Below, one piece after another: positions 56,858-64,000 of a stretch of DNA of 64,000 bases; position 1 is the stretch's first letter, and every line of letters begins with the position of its first letter. The translations under genes were made by a program, and so were the position numbers. Location: the NCBI GenBank assembly GCA_963817525.1, contig CAWFOU010000008.1:64001-128000 (forward strand). Reading direction: 5' to 3'. This DNA comes from an uncultured archaeon (GTDB taxonomy: Archaea > Thermoproteota > Nitrososphaeria > Nitrososphaerales > Gagatemarchaeaceae). Below the pieces are notes generated by a model. It worked only from the letters and a program-made list of their open reading frames with translations. It was not told the origin of the DNA and searched no databases.

Positions 56858-57718
56858 TTGTCGAGGCCCGAGGTCGGGGAGGTCAGGAGCAAGACCCTTC
56901 TCCGCAGGATGGACTTTGGGAGGAGAGGCGTGGAGTACACTATCAACCTCTATCGGGGCTGCACCCACGCGTGCGTCTACTGCTACGCTCCCTCCCTAGT
57001 CCACGACGAAAGGGAGTGGGGGACGTTCGTAGACGCGAAGGTAGACGCCCCCGCCATCCTGAGGAGGGAGCTCAGGGACGCGGAGAGGGCGCCCGTCTTC
57101 CTTAGCAGCGCCAGCGACCCGTATCAGCCCGTCGAGGCGAGGTACAAGCTCACCAGGCGCTGCCTGCAGGAGCTCCACGCGTTCGGGTTCCCCGTGGTCG
57201 TCCTCACGAGGTCCCCTCTCGTCCTGAGGGACCTCGACCTCCTGAGGAGGATGGAGTGGGTGAGGGTGGGCTGCTCGATCTCGACGGCCGCCGGCAGGGC
57301 CTTCGAGCCCGGGGTCCCGCCGGTGGAGAGGCGGCTGGAGACGCTGCGCAGGCTCGCCGAGGAGGGGATAGAGACGTGGGTCTCGCTCGCCCCCGTCATC
57401 CCGGGGATAGTCACCTTCGAGATTGAGGAGCTGCTCTCGAAGCTCCGCGACGCGCACGTCGGGGCAGTCGCGGCCGGATTGCTCCGGTTCCAAGGCTACG
57501 ACGCCTCCAGGGAGATGTTCGAGGCAGCCACGGGGATGACGGCGGACGAGGCGCTAGAGTCGGGGGAAAGCGTGATCGCCCGGGTAAGGGAGGCCGTCTC
57601 GCGGGCCGGGTTCAAAGGCCCCGACGAGCTCTTCAGATGGGAGCCCCCGAGGGCGCCGAGCCTGGACCAGTTCGTCGGCCTTAGCCTGGAGTCGTCCTTG
57701 CCCGCCGGATCCCGTTGA
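56858..57718 (+). CDS. Radical SAM protein, SPL-like family
   Basis: GCTHACVYCYA, SDPYQP.E, LTRS.LV.RD.DL, APVIPG. Confidence 0.92.
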   Translation: MSRPEVGEVRSKTLLRRMDFGRRGVEYTINLYRGCTHACVYCYAPSLVHDEREWGTFVDAKVDAPAILRRELRDAERAPVFLSSASDPYQPVEARYKLTRRCLQELHAFGFPVVVLTRSPLVLRDLDLLRRMEWVRVGCSISTAAGRAFEPGVPPVERRLETLRRLAEEGIETWVSLAPVIPGIVTFEIEELLSKLRDAHVGAVAAGLLRFQGYDASREMFEAATGMTADEALESGESVIARVREAVSRAGFKGPDELFRWEPPRAPSLDQFVGLSLESSLPAGSR

Positions 57719-58004
57719 GTATCCATCGAGGCCGAATCCACTCTTCTTCGTTGCCTTCTGCGGTCTTGAGCACGACCCTGTCCTCATCCTCGTCGACCAC
57801 CCCGACCACGTCGTGGGATGCCCTGTAGCTCGAGTATTCTCTGTCCGTGATCGCTATCGGCTTGCCCTGCTTGCTGCCTATGCTCCCCATCATGCTCGCC
57901 TTCGAGCCGTCGACCGAGAGATAGAGCGACGCGTTGAGGAACTCCACGTAGACCTGGGCGCTCCTCAGCCTCCGCGGCAGGTCGTGCTTCACCAAGAGCT
58001 TCAT
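57681..58004 (-). CDS. Hypothetical protein
   Basis: ORF with host-like codon usage following the btuF-like gene. Confidence 0.6.
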   Translation of the reverse strand: MKLLVKHDLPRRLRSAQVYVEFLNASLYLSVDGSKASMMGSIGSKQGKPIAITDREYSSYRASHDVVGVVDEDEDRVVLKTAEGNEEEWIRPRWILNGIRRARTTPG

Positions 58005-58036
58005 CGGCGCCTCGAGGAGGGGCTTCGATATTTGTC

Positions 58037-58972
58037 TTACTGAGGGCTCTTGAGGAGCTGGACTCCCACTCTCGTAGCCGCCTCGAGGGGCATGGTGCTC
58101 CCGAAAACTTCAGGGTGGATCATCTTGGACATGAGCTCGAGACCGTCGACGAGCCTAGGGCCTGGCCGTGAGTAGATGGCCGAGCCGTTGGTGGCGAAGA
58201 CGTTCCCGTCCCTGACCGCGGCTAGCGACCGCCACCCCTCGTTCTTGGCGAGGAGAGGGATGTCCTTGGCTGCGCGCGCGGCGTCGAACCCGCACGGCAT
58301 CAGGATGATGACCTCAGGGTCGTAGGCGACCACGCTCTCCCAGGGTATCTTCCGGGAGTCCCGTCCGGCCAGGCCCAGCGCGTCGCTCCCGCCGGCGATC
58401 TCGGCCATCTCCGGGACCCAGTGGCCAGAAGCGAAGACGGGGTCGAACCACTCGGCGCAGAAGACCCTCGGGCGCTCGAGCCCCTCCGCGCCCTCCCGCA
58501 CGCCTTGGATCCTGGCCTCCAGACTCCCGACCAGCTCCTCGGCCGCGGGCTCCGCGTCGCACGCCCTTCCCACGGTAGCGATGTCCTCAAGGACCCCTGC
58601 GAGGCCCCTGGGCTTCAGCGAGACGACCTCGCAGCTCTTCGAGAGCTCGGAGATGGTCGAGAGGACGTCTCGCAGGGAGACCGAGCAGACGTCGCACAGC
58701 TCCTGAGTGATGACGACGTCGGGGGGGTTCTCTCGGAGGAGCGCCTTGTCGATGGTGTAGAGGCCGTGGCCGTGCCTCATGCTGTCCACGACCGCGTCGT
58801 CTATCTCGCGCTGGCTCATCCTGGAGCTGTCGACCAAAGACCTGATTGCGACCGGCTTGCTCCTCGCCTCGGGCGGATAGTCGCACTCGTGAGTCACGCC
58901 GCAGAGCTGGTCGCCCAGGCCCAGCGCGTAGACCATCTCGGTGGCGCTCGGGATGAAGGAGTAGATCCTCAA
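58037..58972 (-). CDS. Cobalamin/Fe-siderophore-binding protein family (no signal peptide)
   Basis: PSATEM..ALG, GVTHECDYP, TQELC.VC, GHWVPEM, RPGPRL. Confidence 0.88.
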   Translation of the reverse strand: MRIYSFIPSATEMVYALGLGDQLCGVTHECDYPPEARSKPVAIRSLVDSSRMSQREIDDAVVDSMRHGHGLYTIDKALLRENPPDVVITQELCDVCSVSLRDVLSTISELSKSCEVVSLKPRGLAGVLEDIATVGRACDAEPAAEELVGSLEARIQGVREGAEGLERPRVFCAEWFDPVFASGHWVPEMAEIAGGSDALGLAGRDSRKIPWESVVAYDPEVIILMPCGFDAARAAKDIPLLAKNEGWRSLAAVRDGNVFATNGSAIYSRPGPRLVDGLELMSKMIHPEVFGSTMPLEAATRVGVQLLKSPQ

Positions 58973-59019
58973 CGCCGGGAGAAAACCTCGGCTCTGCTAG
59001 ATTAACGTTGCCGACGCGG

Positions 59020-60483
59020 TCAGAGTCCCCTCGGACGTTTCGCGGAGGTCCTTGTCATGGCGGCAACGGCGCCCACCACGACGAGCGCGACCAGCCACAG
59101 CGACGCGTCCGGGAACTCGGGGGCGGAGGTCGTGGTGCTGCTGCTCCCGGAGGACAGGGAGGAAGTCCCTGAGGCGCTCCCCAGGTAGACGTAGTTGACG
59201 CTCCCGGGAGAGACCTGCGCGACGCCGTTGGAATAGGCCACGTGGAGGTTGTCCGCGGACTCCGCGGTGTCCTGCCCGAAACTGTAGTACGAGGGGAAAT
59301 AGCTCAGCACCCCGCCGGTCGAGTTGTCGTAGAGGAGCTGCATCGAGGCGCTCATCTGGTTGAAGTTGGTGGACTCCCCGTCGTTCTCGCCTCCGAACAC
59401 GAACTCCGTGTCGTAGAAGGTGCCCTCGGGGGTGGTGCTGTTCCCGGAGACGTAGAAGTACGCGGTGGTCACCGTGGGGTCGTGGATCGTCAGGTCATCG
59501 AACCAGTCCATGGGCGACCCCGGCTCCGAGCCGTTCCTCAGGACCTGCGCGCCCATCTGCACCTGCACTCCCTGCCCCGCCTCGACCGTCTCGTTGATTG
59601 CCAGGGCGAGGTCTAACGGGAGGGAGTACGAAGAGTTGCCGAGCTCTACCCCGTAATAGTACTGCGTCTGCCCCGACTGCGAGTACGAGTACGTCAGGCC
59701 GCCCTCCGACGAAGTGATGGTGACGTTGCTCAGGAAGCCGCTCACGCTGTAGTTCCAGAGGTTGTCGCCGTACGCGATGTGTGAGGCGCCGGTCACAAAG
59801 TCAGGGGTGTTCTGCGCCCAGTATACCTGCTGGGCGCCGCCCTTCTCGTTGACCACGAGGACGGAGTTCAGCTGGAGGGTCGCGCCGGAGACGGTGGAGT
59901 TGGCCAGGTCCGCGGTGGCGTTGTGCGCGAGCAGGGATGCTATGTCCGCGACGCCTACCACCTCGTGAGCCGCCACGCTGTAGGGAGTGACGCTCCCCGA
60001 CGCGTTTTCGAGGCCGAAGGTCGCTATGCCGCTCGGCTCGGGCGCGGTGATCGGCCCGGACTCGTAGGGCGAGTTGGGGTAGAGGTCGTAGTTGTAGGTC
60101 ACGTTGGCGTTGGCCTCGTAGGCGTAGAACACGAGGAAGTAGTCGCCCTTGGGCACGTGCTCGGTGGCCTGGGCGGTCGTCGCGTTCTGGATGTAGACCG
60201 AGTTCGATATGTCGCTCTGGGAGGCGTTGAACGCCGAGAACTGCGAGGAGGACATTAACGCTGTGGTGACAGTTACGTTGCTGCCCACGTCGAAGACCAG
60301 CGAGTTCGTGCTCGCGGCGGCGTCTATGGAGATGTACTCGAAGTAGCCGTCGGGTACGTCCACCTGGAACTCGAGAGGAAGCGCGGAGGACCTGTGTGCG
60401 CTCGCAGCCGGTATGACCGCCAGCATCATCAGCGAGAACAGGGGGACGAGGGAATAGGCCCGATTGGCGCTGCGCGCTTTCAA
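59020..60483 (-). CDS. Thermopsin-like (A5) protease with PEF-CTERM sorting signal
   Basis: P.GIA.FG, LQLN, YWAQN, DNLWN, DTEFVFGG, FG.DTAE; C-terminal APEFP, TM and basic tail. Confidence 0.88.
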   Translation of the reverse strand: MKARSANRAYSLVPLFSLMMLAVIPAASAHRSSALPLEFQVDVPDGYFEYISIDAAASTNSLVFDVGSNVTVTTALMSSSQFSAFNASQSDISNSVYIQNATTAQATEHVPKGDYFLVFYAYEANANVTYNYDLYPNSPYESGPITAPEPSGIATFGLENASGSVTPYSVAAHEVVGVADIASLLAHNATADLANSTVSGATLQLNSVLVVNEKGGAQQVYWAQNTPDFVTGASHIAYGDNLWNYSVSGFLSNVTITSSEGGLTYSYSQSGQTQYYYGVELGNSSYSLPLDLALAINETVEAGQGVQVQMGAQVLRNGSEPGSPMDWFDDLTIHDPTVTTAYFYVSGNSTTPEGTFYDTEFVFGGENDGESTNFNQMSASMQLLYDNSTGGVLSYFPSYYSFGQDTAESADNLHVAYSNGVAQVSPGSVNYVYLGSASGTSSLSSGSSSTTTSAPEFPDASLWLVALVVVGAVAAMTRTSAKRPRGL

Positions 60484-60665
60484 CGCTCGGAAGCTCCCGT
60501 CTTCCGGCTTGTAAACATTGGTCGGGCCTGGTCGTCGGGATTACGAACTTGGATCACGAGGGGGTTGAGTAAGCGTGCACCGGTGGGACACCCTTCGTCA
60601 ATCGCCCAAAACGCATCAGGCAACTAACACAATAAATACTCGGCGCGGGGCGCGGCCATTAGCCC

Positions 60666-62039
60666 ATGACAAAGGTGGGGATCGAGGCTCTTTACGTCTA
60701 CTCGCCCGAGTACTACGTCGACAACGCCGAGCTGGCCCTGGCCAGGGGGAGCGCCCCCAAGCACTTCACCGAGGGGCTGGGGGTCAAGACCTTCGCTGTC
60801 CCTCCGCCCAACGAGGACCAGTCGAGCATGGCGGCGACCGCCGCCCACCGCCTCATGGAGACGTACGGGATCTCGCCGAAGGACATCTTCCGTATAGACA
60901 CGCCAACGGAGAGTGGGCTGGACAGTTCGCGGGCGCTCGTCTCCGACGTGGTGGGGATGCTCGAGCAGGTCTACGGGAACGGGAGCCTCTCCCACGTTTT
61001 GGGATACGAGCAGAAGTTCGCCTGCGTCAGCGGGATGGAGCGCTACCTGGACACGAGCGCCTGGTTCGCGGCTGGCTGGAACACGTCAAAGTACGCCCTG
61101 ATAGTCGCGACAGACGTCGCAAAGTACGACCTCAAGAGCAGGGAGGAGCCTACTCAAGGGGCGGCCGCGGCGGCTGTTCTCGTCGGCAAGGACCCCAGCC
61201 TCTTCGAGATAATCCCAGGCGCGTTCGGGTCCGCCCTCAGGCACGAGAAGGGCGATTTCAAGAAGCCCGGAGGGAGGACGGTCGCGTTGGTCGACGGCAT
61301 GAGGTCGTACGCCTCATACCTGACCGAGATGAAGCTCGCCTGGCTCAACTTCCAGAAGGCCGCCGTTAGAGCGGGGATGGTCAAGCAATCGGGCGACTTT
61401 GCGACGATAGACGGAATCGACAAGGCGATCTATCACAACCCTCACAAGAAGATGGTCATCTCGGCTTACGCTTCGCTGCTGATGCACGAGTGGAGATCCC
61501 TGCCAAGATGGAAAGATGTCGTGTCTACCATAGGTCAGGAGCCCTCGAGGGAGGGGATGGACGACCTCGCCTACTACATGAGCGATGGCTATGGCGACTT
61601 CAGGCGCAAGTTCATGAACTCGAACGCCTTCACCGACGACTTTGAGAAGCGCGTCGGAAGCTCAGTGATAGGCCCGGAGCTGGTCGGGAACTCGTACTCC
61701 GTCTCGGTCTTCGTAGGCCTGGACAGCATGTTCGAAAACGACAAGGACGACCTAGGGGGGAAGAGGGTGGTGCTCTGCGGGTACGGGAGCGGTAGCCACG
61801 CCGTCATCCAGGCCAACACGATCCCCCACGGGTTCAAGGCCGTCTCGAAGAGGCTCGACCTCATGCAGCGGCTCAACTCGAGGAGGAAGCTCTCGATAGA
61901 GGAGTACGAGATGATCCACGAGGGCAGGATGAACCCGAGCGAGTGGCCTCCCGGCGCTTCCAGGCGTTTTGTCCTAAACAGCATCGGTCAGGAGGGGACG
62001 CGTGCCGAAGGCGACAGGCTGTACACGCTCGCGAACTGA
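60666..62039 (+). CDS. Hydroxymethylglutaryl-CoA synthase
   Basis: TES..D, KFACVSG, D.AKYD, EPTQGA, H.P, GNSY, GYGSG. Confidence 0.92.
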   Translation: MTKVGIEALYVYSPEYYVDNAELALARGSAPKHFTEGLGVKTFAVPPPNEDQSSMAATAAHRLMETYGISPKDIFRIDTPTESGLDSSRALVSDVVGMLEQVYGNGSLSHVLGYEQKFACVSGMERYLDTSAWFAAGWNTSKYALIVATDVAKYDLKSREEPTQGAAAAAVLVGKDPSLFEIIPGAFGSALRHEKGDFKKPGGRTVALVDGMRSYASYLTEMKLAWLNFQKAAVRAGMVKQSGDFATIDGIDKAIYHNPHKKMVISAYASLLMHEWRSLPRWKDVVSTIGQEPSREGMDDLAYYMSDGYGDFRRKFMNSNAFTDDFEKRVGSSVIGPELVGNSYSVSVFVGLDSMFENDKDDLGGKRVVLCGYGSGSHAVIQANTIPHGFKAVSKRLDLMQRLNSRRKLSIEEYEMIHEGRMNPSEWPPGASRRFVLNSIGQEGTRAEGDRLYTLAN

Positions 62040-62067
62040 GGGCGGCGGCCGGCGGCCTTCCGCGTCT

Positions 62068-62403
62068 CTAGCCCTTTAGGACCGCGTCGATCTTCTGCTT
62101 GTACATAGAGGCCGGGCCCGCCCCTATGACGGTGGAGGCCACCTGGCCGTTCTTGAAGACGATTATCGTGGGGATGCTCATGATGCCGTACTTCATGGCG
62201 ATGTCGGGGTTCTCGTCGGTGTTGACCTTGGCGAACTTTACCTTCCCGTCATATTCCTTAGATAGCTGCTCTATGATCGGGGAGACCATCCGGCAAGGTC
62301 CGCACCAATCGGCGTAAAAGTCGACTACCGCTGGCGTCTGTGATTTTAGGACTTCCTTCTCGAACTCGGAGGATTTCAAGTGCGGGAGCGTCTTGGTCTC
62401 CAA
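62068..62403 (-). CDS. trxA: Thioredoxin
   Basis: WCGPC active site, SIPT. Confidence 0.96.
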   Translation of the reverse strand: METKTLPHLKSSEFEKEVLKSQTPAVVDFYADWCGPCRMVSPIIEQLSKEYDGKVKFAKVNTDENPDIAMKYGIMSIPTIIVFKNGQVASTVIGAGPASMYKQKIDAVLKG

Positions 62404-62497
62404 TTTGTATTCGCAATCCGCGCGCGTTCAGGCCCCCTTTTATGCCTTTGGAGCGGTTTGCGAGAATCGTGGGAATTTGGCGCGGATGTGGCTTTTC

Positions 62498-63094
62498 TTA
62501 GCTCGAAAGACCGGCCATCTTCAGAACCTCGGCCCGGCGGAAGCATTCGGGCGCGTGGTCGTTTACGATGCCCGTGGCCTGCATCCAAGCGTAGACTATC
62601 ACCGGTCCGACGAACTTGAACCCCCGTCCCTTCAGGAGCTTGGACAGATCCTCCGAGAGGGGCGTGCTTGCGGGGACGAGTCCCGTGCCCTGCAACGGCC
62701 TCCCGCCCGCGGCGCCCCAGACGAACTCCGAAAAGTCCTCCCCCGCGGCCTGCATGGAGTTGTAGACGCGGGCGCCCGCGATGGTCGCCTCGATCTTTGC
62801 CCTCGAGCGCACGATTCCCGGGTCCTCGAGCAGCCGCTCGACGTCCGACTTGCCGAAGCGGGCGACCGGCTCGGGGTCGAAGTCCCTGAAGGCTCTGCGA
62901 AAAGCGTCGCGCTTGCGTAGGATGATCGTCCAAGACAACCCCGCCTGAAATCCCTCTAGCATCAGAGTCTCCCAGAGCTTCCTCCCGTCGCGCTCCGGGA
63001 CGCCCCACTCCTCGTCATGGTAGGCGGGGAGGAGCTGGTCACCCTCCGCCCACGAGCAGCGCCGCGCTGCGTCCTGGCGGGAGGCCTTCCCGAG
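62498..63094 (-). CDS. tag: DNA-3-methyladenine glycosylase I; start codon unclear
   Basis: In-frame upstream of the annotated ATG: RCSW...YHDEEWGVP. Then LEGFQAGLSW, FKFVGP and NDH...C. Confidence 0.9.
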   Translation of the reverse strand, partial: LGKASRQDAARRCSWAEGDQLLPAYHDEEWGVPERDGRKLWETLMLEGFQAGLSWTIILRKRDAFRRAFRDFDPEPVARFGKSDVERLLEDPGIVRSRAKIEATIAGARVYNSMQAAGEDFSEFVWGAAGGRPLQGTGLVPASTPLSEDLSKLLKGRGFKFVGPVIVYAWMQATGIVNDHAPECFRRAEVLKMAGLSS

Positions 63095-63095
63095 G

Positions 63096-63443
63096 TCAGA
63101 GCGAGAACTTGATGCTGGCGTCCTTGTCGAGCTTCTTCAGCTCCGTCATGACATGCTCCTTGTCCTCTTCCGCGGCGACGGTCCTGTAGACCAGACCCTT
63201 CACGGCGCCGTGGTCCCTGAAGGTGTCGAGGTACCACCCGCAGACCAGCATGTCGTGGGGCTGCTTCTTGTTCTTCAAGACCGTGATCGCGTTGTACGGG
63301 GTGGGGTGGTAGATGTGGACGGGGTTGGCCTCGTACTGCCTCTTGACGTCCATCGGTATCATCTGCGCGCCGGTCGGGACCGACTCGAGCCCCGAGACCT
63401 GCGTCCGCTTCTTCGCCCCTCCTCCCGAGAACGGGTTCTTCAT
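63096..63443 (-). CDS. Hypothetical protein
   Basis: Clean 115-aa ORF with host-like codon usage. Confidence 0.7.
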   Translation of the reverse strand: MKNPFSGGGAKKRTQVSGLESVPTGAQMIPMDVKRQYEANPVHIYHPTPYNAITVLKNKKQPHDMLVCGWYLDTFRDHGAVKGLVYRTVAAEEDKEHVMTELKKLDKDASIKFSL

Positions 63444-63563
63444 GCGACGTTCCTGGACGGCGTCGGCGGCAGGCGGTAAAACCTTTCCGTCGGGCCTAGG
63501 GCCGCGACGAGAGGCAACAATCTAATAGTGAGCCACCGGGGAGAAAGTCCGGCAATCCTCACA

Positions 63564-64000
63564 GTGACCGAAGCAGAGGGAAGGGAAGAGCGGCGGCGCG
63601 GCGGACCGGGCGAGGGGCGCTACTTCGTGAGGCAGGCGACGGGCCTGGTGAGGCAGTTCTCCGCGATAGACGTCTTCACTTGGAGCATCATCTTCTTCCC
63701 GTGGCTCACAAGCTGGGCGGGGATCTTCTGGGTCACGCCCGACTACTACCACAACGTCAACTACTACGCGAGCCTCGCTGTGTGGGCCGTCATCGCGATG
63801 GTCATCGTGCTCCTCTACTGGCAGCTCACGACTGCCATGCCACGCTCGGGCGGGGACTATGTCTTCATCTCCAGGGTGCTCTCGAGCCCGGTGGGCTTCG
63901 TCGCGAGCTTCCTGTTCTTCGTGGCCATCCTGATCTCGGCGGGGTCGGGATCCTACTGGGCGTTCTCCGAGGCCGGGACCCAGCTCTCTTTTGCGGGGCC
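63564..64000 (+). CDS. Archaeal APC family permease (partial)
   Basis: Manual translation: FVRQATGLVRQFS...AMPRSGGDYVFISR. Confidence 0.88.
   Translation, partial: MTEAEGREERRRGGPGEGRYFVRQATGLVRQFSAIDVFTWSIIFFPWLTSWAGIFWVTPDYYHNVNYYASLAVWAVIAMVIVLLYWQLTTAMPRSGGDYVFISRVLSSPVGFVASFLFFVAILISAGSGSYWAFSEAGTQLSFAG

Noticed and set aside
63535-63560. GAGAAAGTCCGGC resembling the RNase P 5' motif
   Set aside because: Runs directly into the APC permease reading frame; no supporting structure.

Overview
GC-rich archaeal chromosome segment. Evidence: thermosome, tRNA-Leu with a 37/38 intron, thermopsin with a PEF-CTERM tail, SoxL/SoxN-like Rieske/cytochrome b, type 1 IDI and a long HMG-CoA synthase. 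A heterotrophic Nitrososphaerota (Thaumarchaeota) is my best inference. Most of the window is housekeeping or catabolic: nuoA/B, an arginine deiminase cluster, ADP-forming acetate-CoA ligase, pyrD/pyrC, PolX and mevalonate genes. Four things stand out. (1) Downstream of tRNA-Arg(CCT), the 17-nt tRNA 3' end recurs three more times and divides 4.7-14.2 kb into cargo segments. These share conserved left-end and right-end motifs, one containing an inverted copy of the tRNA T-arm, yet no integrase is encoded: a candidate tRNA-anchored cassette array. (2) nuoB, missed by the ORF track, is interrupted by two LAGLIDADG inteins, each placed at a cysteine ligand of Fe-S cluster N2. (3) A Rieske/cytochrome b operon is bracketed by two uncharacterised surface proteins, with a cupredoxin nearby. 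(4) A hairpin-dense intergenic region of about 335 nt may be an unannotated structured RNA. All calls come from reading the sequence by eye; no searches were run.
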